46,381 nucleotides of DNA from Alphaproteobacteria bacterium. GTDB lineage: Bacteria > Pseudomonadota > Alphaproteobacteria > Rs-D84. Positions within the stretch are counted from its first letter, which is position 1. Each line of letters begins with the position of its first letter. The notes beneath the pieces were generated by a model, which did not search any database, was not told where the DNA came from, and saw nothing but the letters and a program-made list of their open reading frames with translations. Position numbers and translations under genes: made by a program. The stretch spans positions 1 through 46,381 of the forward strand of contig JAFUTJ010000008.1 in the NCBI GenBank assembly GCA_017471445.1, read 5' to 3'. Shown here piece after piece: positions 1 to 9,903 of the stretch.

Positions 1-105
1 CCACCGTTTTTTTGTGCACGGGTAAAGGAAAATAAAATGGCGGATTTCTGGGGTTTTGTAAAAACAATTTGTGCACCAAAAAAACGGTGGTTTTTTGGTG
101 CACGG
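1..105. mobile_element. Putative invertible translation-start cassette, copy 1 (left site cut by window edge)
   Basis: Core CCACCG at 1-6 and inverted core CGGTGG at 85-90, 78 bp apart; + strand AAAGGA RBS and ATG at 37 reading MADFWGFVKTICAPKKRWFFGAR; near-identical to 22664-22768 and 41339-41443; target gene would lie left of the window. Confidence 0.75.
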
Positions 106-127
106 CTTATTTCCCTGTACGCCATAT

Positions 128-156
128 ATTATACCGCATTCACGCGTTTTTGGCAA
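128..156 (-). promoter_or_regulatory. sigma70-like promoter upstream of cassette copy 1
   Basis: Minus strand TTGCCA-17 bp-TATAAT. Confidence 0.8.
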
Positions 157-168
157 TATGTTTTTTAA

Positions 169-966
169 CTAATTCACCGGCACTAATTTCCCACCCTGCC
201 CACGTGTGGCGTTAATCCAGCACACGCTGCCACCGCGTGGTACGGCCATGGCGTATTTTGTGTGCTTTCCCGCATATATATTTATTCCGTTCATTGCGGT
301 GTCACCAATCCGACACAGTGGCAAACACCGGTCATCGGATGTATGACCATACCCCGCATCACATTCCCATGGGCAATCGCCAACATCCGGTGTGCCGGGA
401 CCGGTATAGTACGCATCTGCCGGTGCATTTGTACATTTTCTTAATATGGTTGAATAATACTGATTTACTACATTTGCCACGTAATAACCGGCAAATGCCC
501 GTCTGTATAAAACCCGTTGAAATTTCGTATAGCCACCCGTACTCAGATTATAATAAAAAGATATGGCGTAAGTATGTGCTTCGTCGTAAATAACATCCCG
601 AACAACATAGCCACAGTCTGTTACGGCGATAATGTTCCGGCCCGCCGTAAAATAATAGGTTTCAACCTCGGCTTTCATTTTACTATAATCTGGGTTGGTA
701 AGGGGGACATATTGCGATATCAGGGTCTTAATTTGTTCTGTGGACATATTTTGTTCGGGACATGCGTGTCGTGCATCATCGCCCGGACAATAATATTTAT
801 CAGAACATTCCGTGCAAGAACCGGTATCATCCAACCAATATCCCTTGGCACACGTTGCGGCATGGGCCGTGCCGACAGCACATGCAACAATCAGTACCCA
901 AATACCCAACGCCAAATCAACCGAATGGCGCGATATAAACGGTCGAATCACAAACAATGCTGTCAT
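169..966 (-). CDS. Secreted Cys-rich variable protein, paralog A (265 aa, own RBS, no cassette)
   Basis: AAAAAGGGAAAAAAG-ATG at 966; signal peptide ending VGTAHA; YCPGDD motif; conserved C-terminus CTNAP...CPWECDAGYGHTSDDRCLPLCRIG...GGKLVPVN. Confidence 0.85.
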   Translation of the reverse strand: MTALFVIRPFISRHSVDLALGIWVLIVACAVGTAHAATCAKGYWLDDTGSCTECSDKYYCPGDDARHACPEQNMSTEQIKTLISQYVPLTNPDYSKMKAEVETYYFTAGRNIIAVTDCGYVVRDVIYDEAHTYAISFYYNLSTGGYTKFQRVLYRRAFAGYYVANVVNQYYSTILRKCTNAPADAYYTGPGTPDVGDCPWECDAGYGHTSDDRCLPLCRIGDTAMNGINIYAGKHTKYAMAVPRGGSVCWINATRGQGGKLVPVN

Positions 967-998
967 CTTTTTTCCCTTTTTATAAATTAAAAAATCCC

Positions 999-1172
999 CC
1001 GCAAAATCGGTGGTTGGAGGTTCATAACTATTACTCATTACAATAGCGTGCTTATTCAATATATTCACAGCCCTCCAACCCCGACGAAACTGGAATTGGA
1101 GAATATTTGCCCAACAACGTGGCCAAACATATGAGTAATGGGTTATGACGCCCAAACACGACTTTACGTGCC
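999..1172 (-). ncRNA. Rod-shaped structured RNA candidate (6S RNA-like or regulatory leader)
   Basis: Minus strand CGTAAAGTCG/CGATTTTGCG and TCATAACCCATTACTCAT/ATGAGTAATAGTTATGA closing stems, central bubble, apical CTCCAATTCC/GGGGTTGGAG stem; own promoter upstream. Confidence 0.5.
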
Positions 1173-1178
1173 ACAAGA

Positions 1179-1207
1179 ATAATACCAAAACCGCACAACA
1201 AAAACAA
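1179..1207 (-). promoter_or_regulatory. sigma70-like promoter for structured RNA / paralog A
   Basis: Minus strand TTGTTT-17 bp-TATTAT with extended -10 TG. Confidence 0.55.
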
Positions 1208-1214
1208 GCGGTAT

Positions 1215-2390
1215 TCAATACATGTTCGCAAAACGTAAACGATTTGACCACAACACAAACGTCGCCGCACAAATAATTGCAATAATGTACGGCATGTGCA
1301 CAAATTCAACAAAACCGAACATATGCGTAATACTGGACAAAATAAACGGTGTTAAAAATTGCGACATATACAGTGCCGCCGACAACAATGGCATTACCGT
1401 TGTCATCGCGCCACGCCCGGCAATTCCGGCGGCGGTGGAAATTATAAACGGAATGCCGATACCATTTGCAAAACCAATCATGGCCGAACCCACAATTGTT
1501 GCAAACCACCCGGGCGATGATACCAAGACACAATAACCACCCAAGAATAACATTGGCGCAACAAACCGAACACTGTTGCCAATTTTATGCTTTATAATTA
1601 CATAAGACATACCGCCAACAAACGCAACTAAATCCATTCCGGCCATTATTGGTGCAATATAATTGTGCGGTATTACGGCATCGTGTGCGGCAATTATTGC
1701 AAAGTTGCATGGGTATATAAAGAACACGAACATCAACAAAAACATCGCAACAATAAATCCATAATATTTGCGCATTGTTGCGCCAATTGATGGATGCGGT
1801 ACATTTACATTATGATCGGTCGGTACCATTCGTTCATTTGGCATAAATGCGGCACACATAATAATACTGACCAATCCAATCAGGTATACCAAGAAACTGG
1901 CGCGCCAACTGATTGTACTTAACACCCCAGACAGCAACGTCGCAACCACACCACCAACTTGGTTCATTGCCGACGACAGGCCCAATAATTTATCATGCCG
2001 GTCACGTGTATAATAGTATGTCAATAACCCCGTTGACATTGGCATAATAATACCAACCCCAATACCAACCAACGCACGCGCAAACAATACCATATATATA
2101 TTATTAAACACACCTGCGGCACACCCACCAACGGTGTACAATATTAACCCAATCATAACCAGTGTACGTGTACGAAACCGTGTACACAACCACGGGAACA
2201 CCATGTTTGCCAACACAATGAACAATGCAGGTACACTGATAATCAATTGTATCAATAATTTTGGCGCATCTGTGAAATATGCCGCAATAACATTCAATGC
2301 CGGCGCAACCGCGGCCCCGGCCATTACCGTCAACAATGATAATGACAATATAGATGCGGTAAATAAATGCTTTCTGTCTTTGTGGTTCAT
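1215..2390 (-). CDS. MFS transporter
   Basis: 391 aa, about 12 hydrophobic segments, MFS-like ARALVGIGVG motif, AAAAGGA RBS. Confidence 0.9.
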   Translation of the reverse strand: MNHKDRKHLFTASILSLSLLTVMAGAAVAPALNVIAAYFTDAPKLLIQLIISVPALFIVLANMVFPWLCTRFRTRTLVMIGLILYTVGGCAAGVFNNIYMVLFARALVGIGVGIIMPMSTGLLTYYYTRDRHDKLLGLSSAMNQVGGVVATLLSGVLSTISWRASFLVYLIGLVSIIMCAAFMPNERMVPTDHNVNVPHPSIGATMRKYYGFIVAMFLLMFVFFIYPCNFAIIAAHDAVIPHNYIAPIMAGMDLVAFVGGMSYVIIKHKIGNSVRFVAPMLFLGGYCVLVSSPGWFATIVGSAMIGFANGIGIPFIISTAAGIAGRGAMTTVMPLLSAALYMSQFLTPFILSSITHMFGFVEFVHMPYIIAIICAATFVLWSNRLRFANMY

Positions 2391-2535
2391 AAATTATTCC
2401 TTTTGTTTGCTTTCTTGCATAAAAAATACGCAAGGCCAAATTCAGTTTGGACTTACGCACTGTCGGCAACACAACCGTGGGGTTCAGTATATATTTTTTA
2501 TAAAAATAAATCAATTTTATTTTGGTTATCTTTTA

Positions 2536-3030
2536 TTAATTATTAAACAAATTCCATTCGTGTCGGCGGCGATTAACTAAACCATTTGATACAACACCAT
2601 GCGAATAATTCCATGCCATCCACGCAGATTTCAATGTCGGATATTTTATACTATGGAAATTTGGATTATTTATGTATTTCACAACTGTTGAAATTGTAAA
2701 ATTTTTGGTTCCTATATTGTACGCTAATGATACCAATGCATCATATTGATTTTGTGTTAATGGCACAACAACTGTGTTTTGCACAACACGTTCTGCCGCG
2801 GCAATGTCAACACGTAATAAATCCGTGGCGGCACGTTCCGTTATTCCATTTCCGAAACATTCGCCCGGCGTTATCAAATGCCCGTAACCAATTGTTGCAC
2901 CACGTGGCAACGGTTTATTGACATCAACCGCACTGCCCGTTTTATCGTCGTATATAACATGCCGTTTGTCATGTTTTACACAACCCTCCATTTGTTTTAT
3001 GAACTGTATACCATTATTACTGATTTGCAT
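2536..3030 (-). CDS. Phage-type lysozyme (GH24 muramidase)
   Basis: IKQMEG, TIGYGH, LTQNQYDALVSLAYNIG, GLVNRRRHE motifs. Confidence 0.9.
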   Translation of the reverse strand: MQISNNGIQFIKQMEGCVKHDKRHVIYDDKTGSAVDVNKPLPRGATIGYGHLITPGECFGNGITERAATDLLRVDIAAAERVVQNTVVVPLTQNQYDALVSLAYNIGTKNFTISTVVKYINNPNFHSIKYPTLKSAWMAWNYSHGVVSNGLVNRRRHEWNLFNN

Positions 3031-3123
3031 CTTAGATATTTTTCCCTATTGTAAAAAATCCCGTGAATGCACGGGACAAAATAAAAAAACGTGGCATGTG
3101 CCACATAACCTACCTGTCCCGGA

Positions 3124-3152
3124 ATTATATCACATAATAATAAAAAAATCAA
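3124..3152 (-). promoter_or_regulatory. sigma70-like promoter for lysozyme
   Basis: Minus strand TTGATT-17 bp-TATAAT. Confidence 0.55.
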
Positions 3153-3220
3153 CATTAAATCCCCAGAAACAGGGTGAAAAAGAACATCCCGTGGGATTGC
3201 CCCGGAATGTTCTATATTCC

Positions 3221-3311
3221 TGGCGGAGATGAAGGGATTCGAACCCTTGATACGGTTACCCGTATACCACATTTCCAATGTGGCGCACTAGACCAACTAT
3301 GCGACATCTCC
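3221..3311 (-). tRNA. tRNA-Ser(GGA)
   Basis: GGAGATG...CATCTCC-GCCA acceptor stem, CCACA-TTGGAAA-TGTGG anticodon arm, long variable arm, GTTCGAATC T-loop. Confidence 0.97.
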
Positions 3312-3328
3312 GGCAAACTTATAAAAAA

Positions 3329-3703
3329 CTATTCAGAATCTGTAGGGTCGTCCGATGCATCATCCACAGGTTCAACAACACTATCATCGGCCAATGCGTT
3401 TTCCAATTCTGCATCAATTTCACGCAATAATGGATCTTCGCTGCCGATTTCCAGGGATTCTTCACCTGTTTCAGAAACCGGGGTTTCTTTGTACGATTGG
3501 ACAAATTCATGACGTAACGCATCAATATCCAAATTACCACTGGCAATTTCGCGCAGTGCGACAACCGTCATTTTATCGTTCGCCCGGTCAACCATGGGCG
3601 TTGCGCCGCCGTTCAGGTCGCGAACACGCTGGGATGCCAACATCCCCAGTTCATAACGACTGTCCACGAATGGTAATGTATCAGAATTTGTTGTGCGTGC
3701 CAT
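3329..3703 (-). CDS. rpoZ: RNA polymerase omega subunit
   Basis: MART...SRYELGMLASQRVRDL...NDKMTVVALREIA with acidic tail typical of alphaproteobacterial RpoZ. Confidence 0.93.
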   Translation of the reverse strand: MARTTNSDTLPFVDSRYELGMLASQRVRDLNGGATPMVDRANDKMTVVALREIASGNLDIDALRHEFVQSYKETPVSETGEESLEIGSEDPLLREIDAELENALADDSVVEPVDDASDDPTDSE

Positions 3704-3754
3704 TGCAAAATCCTTTGTTGAAATCGTTTTTAACCCCGCTATAATGCCCCAAGG

Positions 3755-5002
3755 ATGGCAAAAATGCAAGCAGAAAATAATAAAAACAATATTAAAACAT
3801 TATCTTTTGGATGCCGGTTAAATGCATTGGAATCAGAAAAGATAAAACACATGCTGGGGCCGATAATTGATGCGGCAATTGTCGTGAACACTTGTTCCGT
3901 CACCGGCGAAGCCGAACGCCAATCGGCCCAGTCAATACGCCGTACCGCACGCGAAAACCCAGAAATTCCAATTTTTGTTACCGGTTGCGCGGCGACGCGG
4001 AACCCGGGGCTGTTCATGAAAATAAATAATGTTTTTGTTATTCCCAATGCCGACAAAATGAATTGCGCGGCATATACAAATGCAATTCGCAATTCTGATT
4101 TTAACTTTACCGCACATATTGATTTTGGGGGCGACCAAAAACTGTCCAAACAATTTATTCAGATTCAGAACGGTTGCAACCATGATTGCACATATTGCGT
4201 AACACGTCTGTTGCGGGGTACGGCGGTTTCATTTCCATACGCCGAAATATTGCACGATGCGCAATGTGCGGTAAAAAATGGTTTTCATGAAATCATACTG
4301 ACCGGCGTAGACAGTGCGTCATACGTCCGTACCGATAACGGCAACCCGTTCCTGTTATCAGACCTGTGCACGCGACTTTTATCCGATGTTTCAGAAATAC
4401 AACGGTTGCGGTTATCGTCGGTTGACCCGGCATCGCCCGAAATACCCAAGATTATAGAACTGATTCACAATGATGCGCGTATGATGGGGCATTTACATTT
4501 ATCAATGCAGTCGGGTTCTGATACTATTCTGGCGGCAATGCGACGGCGGCACACGACGGCACATGTGCGCAACTTAATGCATAATGCGCATGGTATTACG
4601 TTTGGTTGGGACATTATTTGCGGATTTCCCGGCGAAACCGACGAACTGTTTCGCGAAACATGCGAATTAGCGGCAGAAACCCACGTAATAAAAATTCATG
4701 CATTCCCATTCAGTCCGCGTCCCGGCACCGTTGCCGCCGACATGCCGAACCAGATTCCGCACAACATTGCCAAACGTCGTGTACATGAAATAACCGCCAT
4801 TGCCAACGGGAACCGTAATAAATACATGGTGACCCAGGTTGGAAAACGCGTATCTGTATTGGTTGAAAACAACAATGTTGCCAGAACCGCCGATGACATA
4901 CCGGTGCGTATTGCCGATAAAGAAATCACGCCGCGAACAATTTGCGACGTGACAATTAGCGATATTTGCAACGGCGAATTTATTGGTCACATAGACGCGT
5001 AA
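3755..5002 (+). CDS. mtaB: tRNA methylthiotransferase (MiaB/MtaB radical SAM family, MtaB-like)
   Basis: FGCRLNALESE, NTCSVT, GCNHDCTYC radical SAM motif, FPFSPRPGT. Confidence 0.85.
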   Translation: MAKMQAENNKNNIKTLSFGCRLNALESEKIKHMLGPIIDAAIVVNTCSVTGEAERQSAQSIRRTARENPEIPIFVTGCAATRNPGLFMKINNVFVIPNADKMNCAAYTNAIRNSDFNFTAHIDFGGDQKLSKQFIQIQNGCNHDCTYCVTRLLRGTAVSFPYAEILHDAQCAVKNGFHEIILTGVDSASYVRTDNGNPFLLSDLCTRLLSDVSEIQRLRLSSVDPASPEIPKIIELIHNDARMMGHLHLSMQSGSDTILAAMRRRHTTAHVRNLMHNAHGITFGWDIICGFPGETDELFRETCELAAETHVIKIHAFPFSPRPGTVAADMPNQIPHNIAKRRVHEITAIANGNRNKYMVTQVGKRVSVLVENNNVARTADDIPVRIADKEITPRTICDVTISDICNGEFIGHIDA

Positions 5003-5004
5003 AA

Positions 5005-5559
5005 TTAATAATCCAATATCTGACGAATTAATTCATCGGGCGTTGCGGCAACGTGAATTGTGTAGTCATCGCTGCTTTCAATGAAACCATTTTCTTGCAT
5101 TGCCAAGAACAGGTTACTGAAATCGTTCCAGAATTTTGCGGTGTTCATAAAAAATATCGGTTTATCAGATTCACCAATCTGTTGCATTGTCATAATGTCG
5201 GTAAATTCGTTTAATGTACCAATTCCGCCCGGCAATATTATAAACGCGTCGGACAAATCGTACATTTTTTGTTTACGTTCATTTACACCCGGCACAACAA
5301 TTGTTTCATTTAACCCATCATGCACCGGTTCTTGTTTTGCCATTACATTATGTGTTGAAACACCGGTTACGTGGCCGCCATTATTAACACACGCCGTGGC
5401 CGCGGTACCCATCAGCCCAACATCACCGCCACCAAACACCATGCGTATCTTGTTCCGGGCCAATAATTCACCCACACGCGCCGCGTCACGCATAAATTGC
5501 GGATTTGTTCCAAATTCATGGCCGCAATACACGGCAACAGACATTAATTTTTTATGCAT
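5005..5559 (-). CDS. LOG family (TIGR00730-like) nucleotide phosphoribohydrolase
   Basis: VAVYCG, GGGDVGLMG, ERKQKM, LPGGIGTLNEF; AAAGGA RBS before ATG 5559. Confidence 0.9.
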   Translation of the reverse strand: MHKKLMSVAVYCGHEFGTNPQFMRDAARVGELLARNKIRMVFGGGDVGLMGTAATACVNNGGHVTGVSTHNVMAKQEPVHDGLNETIVVPGVNERKQKMYDLSDAFIILPGGIGTLNEFTDIMTMQQIGESDKPIFFMNTAKFWNDFSNLFLAMQENGFIESSDDYTIHVAATPDELIRQILDY

Positions 5560-5605
5560 TATTTTTCCTTTATTTCTGAAAATTATAGCATAGAATTGCC
5601 ATGGT

Positions 5606-6610
5606 ATGAATAAAAAGTTTATTAATTTTATGAATGCATATCGGGGACAAAAATTGGCCGTCGCGGTCAGTGGCGGTGTCGATTCCGTATGTTTATTGGT
5701 GTGGTTGGCCAAAATTGGCGCAGACATTGTTGCGTTACATGTCAATCACGGTTTGCGACCGGCCGGTGATACAGAAACCCAATACGTGCAAAAACTGTGC
5801 CAGGAAATGGGTATACCGTGTCATACGTTTTATTGGCGTGGCCCCAAGCCGACGCGCGGACTGGAATCGGCGGCACGTGACGCGCGGTATAAATTTATGA
5901 CCGATTTTTGCCACAAAAATAATATTGATGCATTAATGGTTGCCCACCAATCCGACGATCAAATTGAAACGTTTCTGATGAACCTGGGGCGTGGCAGTGG
6001 TGTTTACGGTCTGGCCGCGATGCGGGCCATATCATTTCGCGACGGGGTAAAAATTGTACGTCCATTGCTGGGGGTGTCACGTGCAGAACTGCGCCAGTAT
6101 TGTGACGATAATAGCATTCGATACTTTTTTGACGAAATGAATGACGACACGCACTATACCCGTGTACGCATTCGTAAAAACCGCCATGTATTGGCGGAAG
6201 AACTGGGAATCAGTGACGCACGTATATTGTTGGCGATTGAAAACCTGGGCCGGGTGCGCGATTTCATGGACGGCGAAATTGAACGCATGGCGTGTTCGGT
6301 AATGTGTCGCGACCGGCGTGGCACATTCGCAATGTTTTCTGATTCTTTTCTGTTTGACCCGGGCGACGATATTAGATTAAAGTTGCTGGGGACATTAATT
6401 GTGCGCATTGGTGGCGACACATATCCACCGCGACTGGCATCGCTGAAACGTGGGGCGGAACAATTGCGTGGCGATGTTAAGTTCACACTGGGGCACTGTA
6501 CCGTGCGCCGGTTGGGCTCGCGTATAATTATTGTTCGCGAAGGTGAACTAACAAGTTTTAGGAAAAAATATGAAAGACACGAAAAAAAAGAAAAATCTGT
6601 TCAAGCGTGA
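5606..6610 (+). CDS. tilS: tRNA(Ile)-lysidine synthetase
   Basis: AVSGGVDS PP-loop, HVNHGLR, AHQSDDQIET; precedes ftsH. Confidence 0.95.
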   Translation: MNKKFINFMNAYRGQKLAVAVSGGVDSVCLLVWLAKIGADIVALHVNHGLRPAGDTETQYVQKLCQEMGIPCHTFYWRGPKPTRGLESAARDARYKFMTDFCHKNNIDALMVAHQSDDQIETFLMNLGRGSGVYGLAAMRAISFRDGVKIVRPLLGVSRAELRQYCDDNSIRYFFDEMNDDTHYTRVRIRKNRHVLAEELGISDARILLAIENLGRVRDFMDGEIERMACSVMCRDRRGTFAMFSDSFLFDPGDDIRLKLLGTLIVRIGGDTYPPRLASLKRGAEQLRGDVKFTLGHCTVRRLGSRIIIVREGELTSFRKKYERHEKKEKSVQA

Positions 6611-8477
6611 TGCCGGCACGGTATTCTTGGTAATCTTTGCGGCGGCATTTTGCGCGGTTGTGGCGCGTGTATTTGTTGGTGGGGAAAATTTTTCTATACC
6701 AAATGGCGAATTACCCGTGGTTATGTCAAACAGACCATTGGAACTGTCGTTTTCTGATGTCCTGCGGCGCAGTGATGATATAAAAACCATGAATATTCAT
6801 GGCAATAATGCGTCCGGCGAATTAAAAGACGGCACAAAATATGCGGCAACAATAACGTATAATCCGGAAATGCTGGCCAAAATGGCGGCGGGCGGCACAT
6901 CAATTTCCATTGATTCATCGTATAAATTTTCTGATATTTTTATTATTGTGTTACCTTCTTTGTTGGGCGTGTTATTCTTGTGGTGGTTATTCCGCGGAAT
7001 GCGTGGCGCATCGGGCGCACCCGGATTTCGCAATATTATCAATCAAAATCCGACACGCATTACCACCGGCGATACAAAAACAACATTTAATGATGTCGCA
7101 GGCATCGATTCGGAAAAGCAGGAATTAATGGAAGTGGTTGAGTTCCTGAAAAACAAAGAAAAATATAAAACGGTTGGTGCACGCGTACCGCGCGGGGTGT
7201 TATTGTCCGGGGAACCGGGCACGGGTAAAACATTGTTGGCACGGGCAATCGCGGGCGAAGCAAACGTACCATTCTTTGCCGCATCGGGCAGTGATTTTTC
7301 CGGCATCATAATGGGCCTGGGGGTGGCCAAGATAAAAGAAATCTTTGACATGGCAAAACGCAACGCACCGTGCATATTGTTTATTGATGAAATTGACGCA
7401 ATCGGCACACGGCGCAGTCACGCGGCATATAACGACCAAGACCGCGAACAAACACTGAACCAATTACTGATTGAAATGGACGGTTTTGCAAATGACACTG
7501 GCATAATTGTAATTGGCGCAACGAATCGTCCAGATATGCTGGACCCGGCATTGTTGCGCCCCGGTCGCTTTGACCGCCAGGTATATATTGAATTACCCGA
7601 TTTGGCGGGTCGCCGTGCAATTTTGGATTTATATGCCAAACGGGTCAAGGTTGGTGCGGACGTAAACCTGATGGATTTGGCACGCGGCACAACCGGATTT
7701 TCCGGCGCAGATTTAGAAAACCTGTTGAACGAGGCGGCCTTGCACGCGGTTCGTAACGGTCGCGACGGCGTTTCCCAGGTTGATATAGAAGAAGCGCGCG
7801 ATAAAATCCTGATGGGGCCGCGCAAGGTGCGCAAAATGCGTCCCGAAGATATAAAATTAACCGCATACCACGAAGCGGGCCATGCATTCGTCAGCATGAT
7901 GTACGCAGACATTGCCGACCCGATACACAAGGCAACAATTATTCCGCGTGGCCGCGCCCTGGGCATGGTTCAGCATTTACCCATTGATGACAAGGTTTCA
8001 ATGACAATTGCCGAAGTGCGCGCAAACCTGGCCATTGCGTTGGCGGGACGTGCCGCAGAAGAGGTTTTCTTTGGCCCCGACAAAATAACCACCGGCGCAG
8101 AAAGCGATATTGCCATGGCAACACGTTTGGCGCGGCATTCGATTACGACGGCGGGCCTGTCGGAACGTATCGGCATGGTTGCCGTGAACCAGTCAACCAC
8201 CTTTGGCGCACGTACCGCGTTGGAAAACGCATCTGATAAAACCGCAGAATTGGTTGATTCGGAAATTCGTGAATGGTTAAACGCCGCGCATCAAACAGCA
8301 AAGTCTTTATTAACCCAAAACCGTGACCGCGTGGAAAAATTGGCCACAGAATTGTTGGCACGCGAAACATTAACCGGCGACGAAATCAAAGAAATACTTA
8401 ACGGTGGTGCGCAAAAAAATGCGCCAGTCCAAAAACGCCCACGTGGCCGCCCGAAAAAAAATGCAACAAACAAATAA
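6570..8477 (+). CDS. ftsH: ATP-dependent zinc metalloprotease FtsH
   Basis: Two TM segments, GEPGTGKT, FIDEIDAIG, LLRPGRFDRQ, HEAGH. Confidence 0.97.
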   Translation: MKDTKKKKNLFKRDAGTVFLVIFAAAFCAVVARVFVGGENFSIPNGELPVVMSNRPLELSFSDVLRRSDDIKTMNIHGNNASGELKDGTKYAATITYNPEMLAKMAAGGTSISIDSSYKFSDIFIIVLPSLLGVLFLWWLFRGMRGASGAPGFRNIINQNPTRITTGDTKTTFNDVAGIDSEKQELMEVVEFLKNKEKYKTVGARVPRGVLLSGEPGTGKTLLARAIAGEANVPFFAASGSDFSGIIMGLGVAKIKEIFDMAKRNAPCILFIDEIDAIGTRRSHAAYNDQDREQTLNQLLIEMDGFANDTGIIVIGATNRPDMLDPALLRPGRFDRQVYIELPDLAGRRAILDLYAKRVKVGADVNLMDLARGTTGFSGADLENLLNEAALHAVRNGRDGVSQVDIEEARDKILMGPRKVRKMRPEDIKLTAYHEAGHAFVSMMYADIADPIHKATIIPRGRALGMVQHLPIDDKVSMTIAEVRANLAIALAGRAAEEVFFGPDKITTGAESDIAMATRLARHSITTAGLSERIGMVAVNQSTTFGARTALENASDKTAELVDSEIREWLNAAHQTAKSLLTQNRDRVEKLATELLARETLTGDEIKEILNGGAQKNAPVQKRPRGRPKKNATNK

Positions 8478-9111
8478 TGTAAAATTTGATGTATTAAACA
8501 TGCCGCCCGAAAACACTAATTCCGTGTTGGTGTCGTCGGGCGGTGATTGCGTTATTTTTGACGCATGGGGCCGCGCGGCGGATTGGGTACACGAATTTGA
8601 TTCACGCGGGGTCCGGTTGCGTGCGATTTATTCAACGCATGGGCATCCCGACCATATATCGGCGGCACCAGATTTGGTGCGTAAATATAATGTGCCATGG
8701 TTTATTGATGCCGATGATTTATTTTTGATTGGGCAAAACAATAATATCTTGGACTATTATAGTTTGCCGCATATTGAATTAGGCAATGTTCACCCAACAT
8801 CAATGCCAGATGGTCCATTGAACATATTGCCGGGCATTAAAATGGAAATTATAAAAACACCCGGTCACACGCCCGGTGGCGTCGTGTTCTGGTTTCCTGA
8901 TTTTCGGATTCTGTTATCTGGCGATACTGTCTTTGACGAATGCCTGGGGCGGTATGATTTGCCAGGTGGTGACCGACATAAACTGTGGGATTCGGTGGAA
9001 CGTTTGTACAAAATGGATTTCTCAGATGACACTTTCGTTGTACACGGGCATGGCGCAAATTCAACCATCAAACAATTAAAATTGCATAATCCATGGTTTC
9101 GGGCGCGTTAA
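8461..9111 (+). CDS. MBL-fold metallo-hydrolase (glyoxalase II-like)
   Basis: THGHPDH, TPGHTPG, SGDT, HGHG motifs; start approximate. Confidence 0.9.
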   Translation: MQQTNNVKFDVLNMPPENTNSVLVSSGGDCVIFDAWGRAADWVHEFDSRGVRLRAIYSTHGHPDHISAAPDLVRKYNVPWFIDADDLFLIGQNNNILDYYSLPHIELGNVHPTSMPDGPLNILPGIKMEIIKTPGHTPGGVVFWFPDFRILLSGDTVFDECLGRYDLPGGDRHKLWDSVERLYKMDFSDDTFVVHGHGANSTIKQLKLHNPWFRAR

Positions 9112-9833
9112 TGTTGCGATTTCTGTTATTTTATGTATTGATATTATTTACCGGGTGCACCAATGTATATAAAATGTCACCAGAATTTGTACCGCGCGTA
9201 ATTGAAACCGAACATTTCCAAATTGCAACATGGCAACGTGTTGGCGATGCAACATCTTCTGTGCACGTTTATATCGAAGGCGACGGCCATGCATTTGATG
9301 CATATGGACGCCCGACATCAAACCCAACCCCACGGGGCAATTTGGTGCGCCAATTGGCCGAACGCGACCCATCACCAAACGTTGTCTATATTGCACGCCC
9401 ATGCCAATACGTCACGGACGCACACTGTTCGGTAACAGATTGGACAACCGGTCGTTTTTCCGCACGCGTGATTGATTCTGTGGCGAATGCAATAACCGTT
9501 ATCACAAGCAACCGCCCGGTTGTATTAATCGGATATTCGGGTGGCGCAATTGTTAGCGGTATAATCATATCGCGCCACCCAGAAATACACACAACCGAAT
9601 GGGTAACCATTGCAGGTGTTATAAACCATCACGAATGGACAGAATATTTTGGCGACACATCATTAACAGACTCACTAAACCTGAACGAATTGCCGAATAT
9701 ACCAACACGTCATTATATTGCAGAATCTGATAATGTTGTACCATATGAATTGTCTATGCGGTGGCTGAATGGAAAATTTGTTGTTGTACCACATTCTACA
9801 CACGATAAATTTCCAAATCTGAATTTATTCTGA
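9111..9833 (+). CDS. Alpha/beta hydrolase lipoprotein
   Basis: TAATG coupling, lipobox LFTGC, VYIEGDG, GYSGG nucleophile elbow. Confidence 0.8.
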   Translation: MLRFLLFYVLILFTGCTNVYKMSPEFVPRVIETEHFQIATWQRVGDATSSVHVYIEGDGHAFDAYGRPTSNPTPRGNLVRQLAERDPSPNVVYIARPCQYVTDAHCSVTDWTTGRFSARVIDSVANAITVITSNRPVVLIGYSGGAIVSGIIISRHPEIHTTEWVTIAGVINHHEWTEYFGDTSLTDSLNLNELPNIPTRHYIAESDNVVPYELSMRWLNGKFVVVPHSTHDKFPNLNLF

Positions 9834-9903
9834 AAATAAATTGACAAAACAAATTTTTTGTGCAACGCTTACTGCCAGTTGTTTAATTTTAAGGGGTTTT
9901 GCA

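Noticed and set aside
900-1020. An ON-orientation cassette at paralog A (CGGTGG at 1008-1013; imperfect palindrome 917-949)
   Set aside because: No GTGCAC arms, no matching partner site and a different N-terminal sequence.
967-1272. Upstream extension of ORF 169..1272
   Set aside because: Overlaps the MFS end, a promoter and the structured RNA; a strong RBS marks ATG 966.
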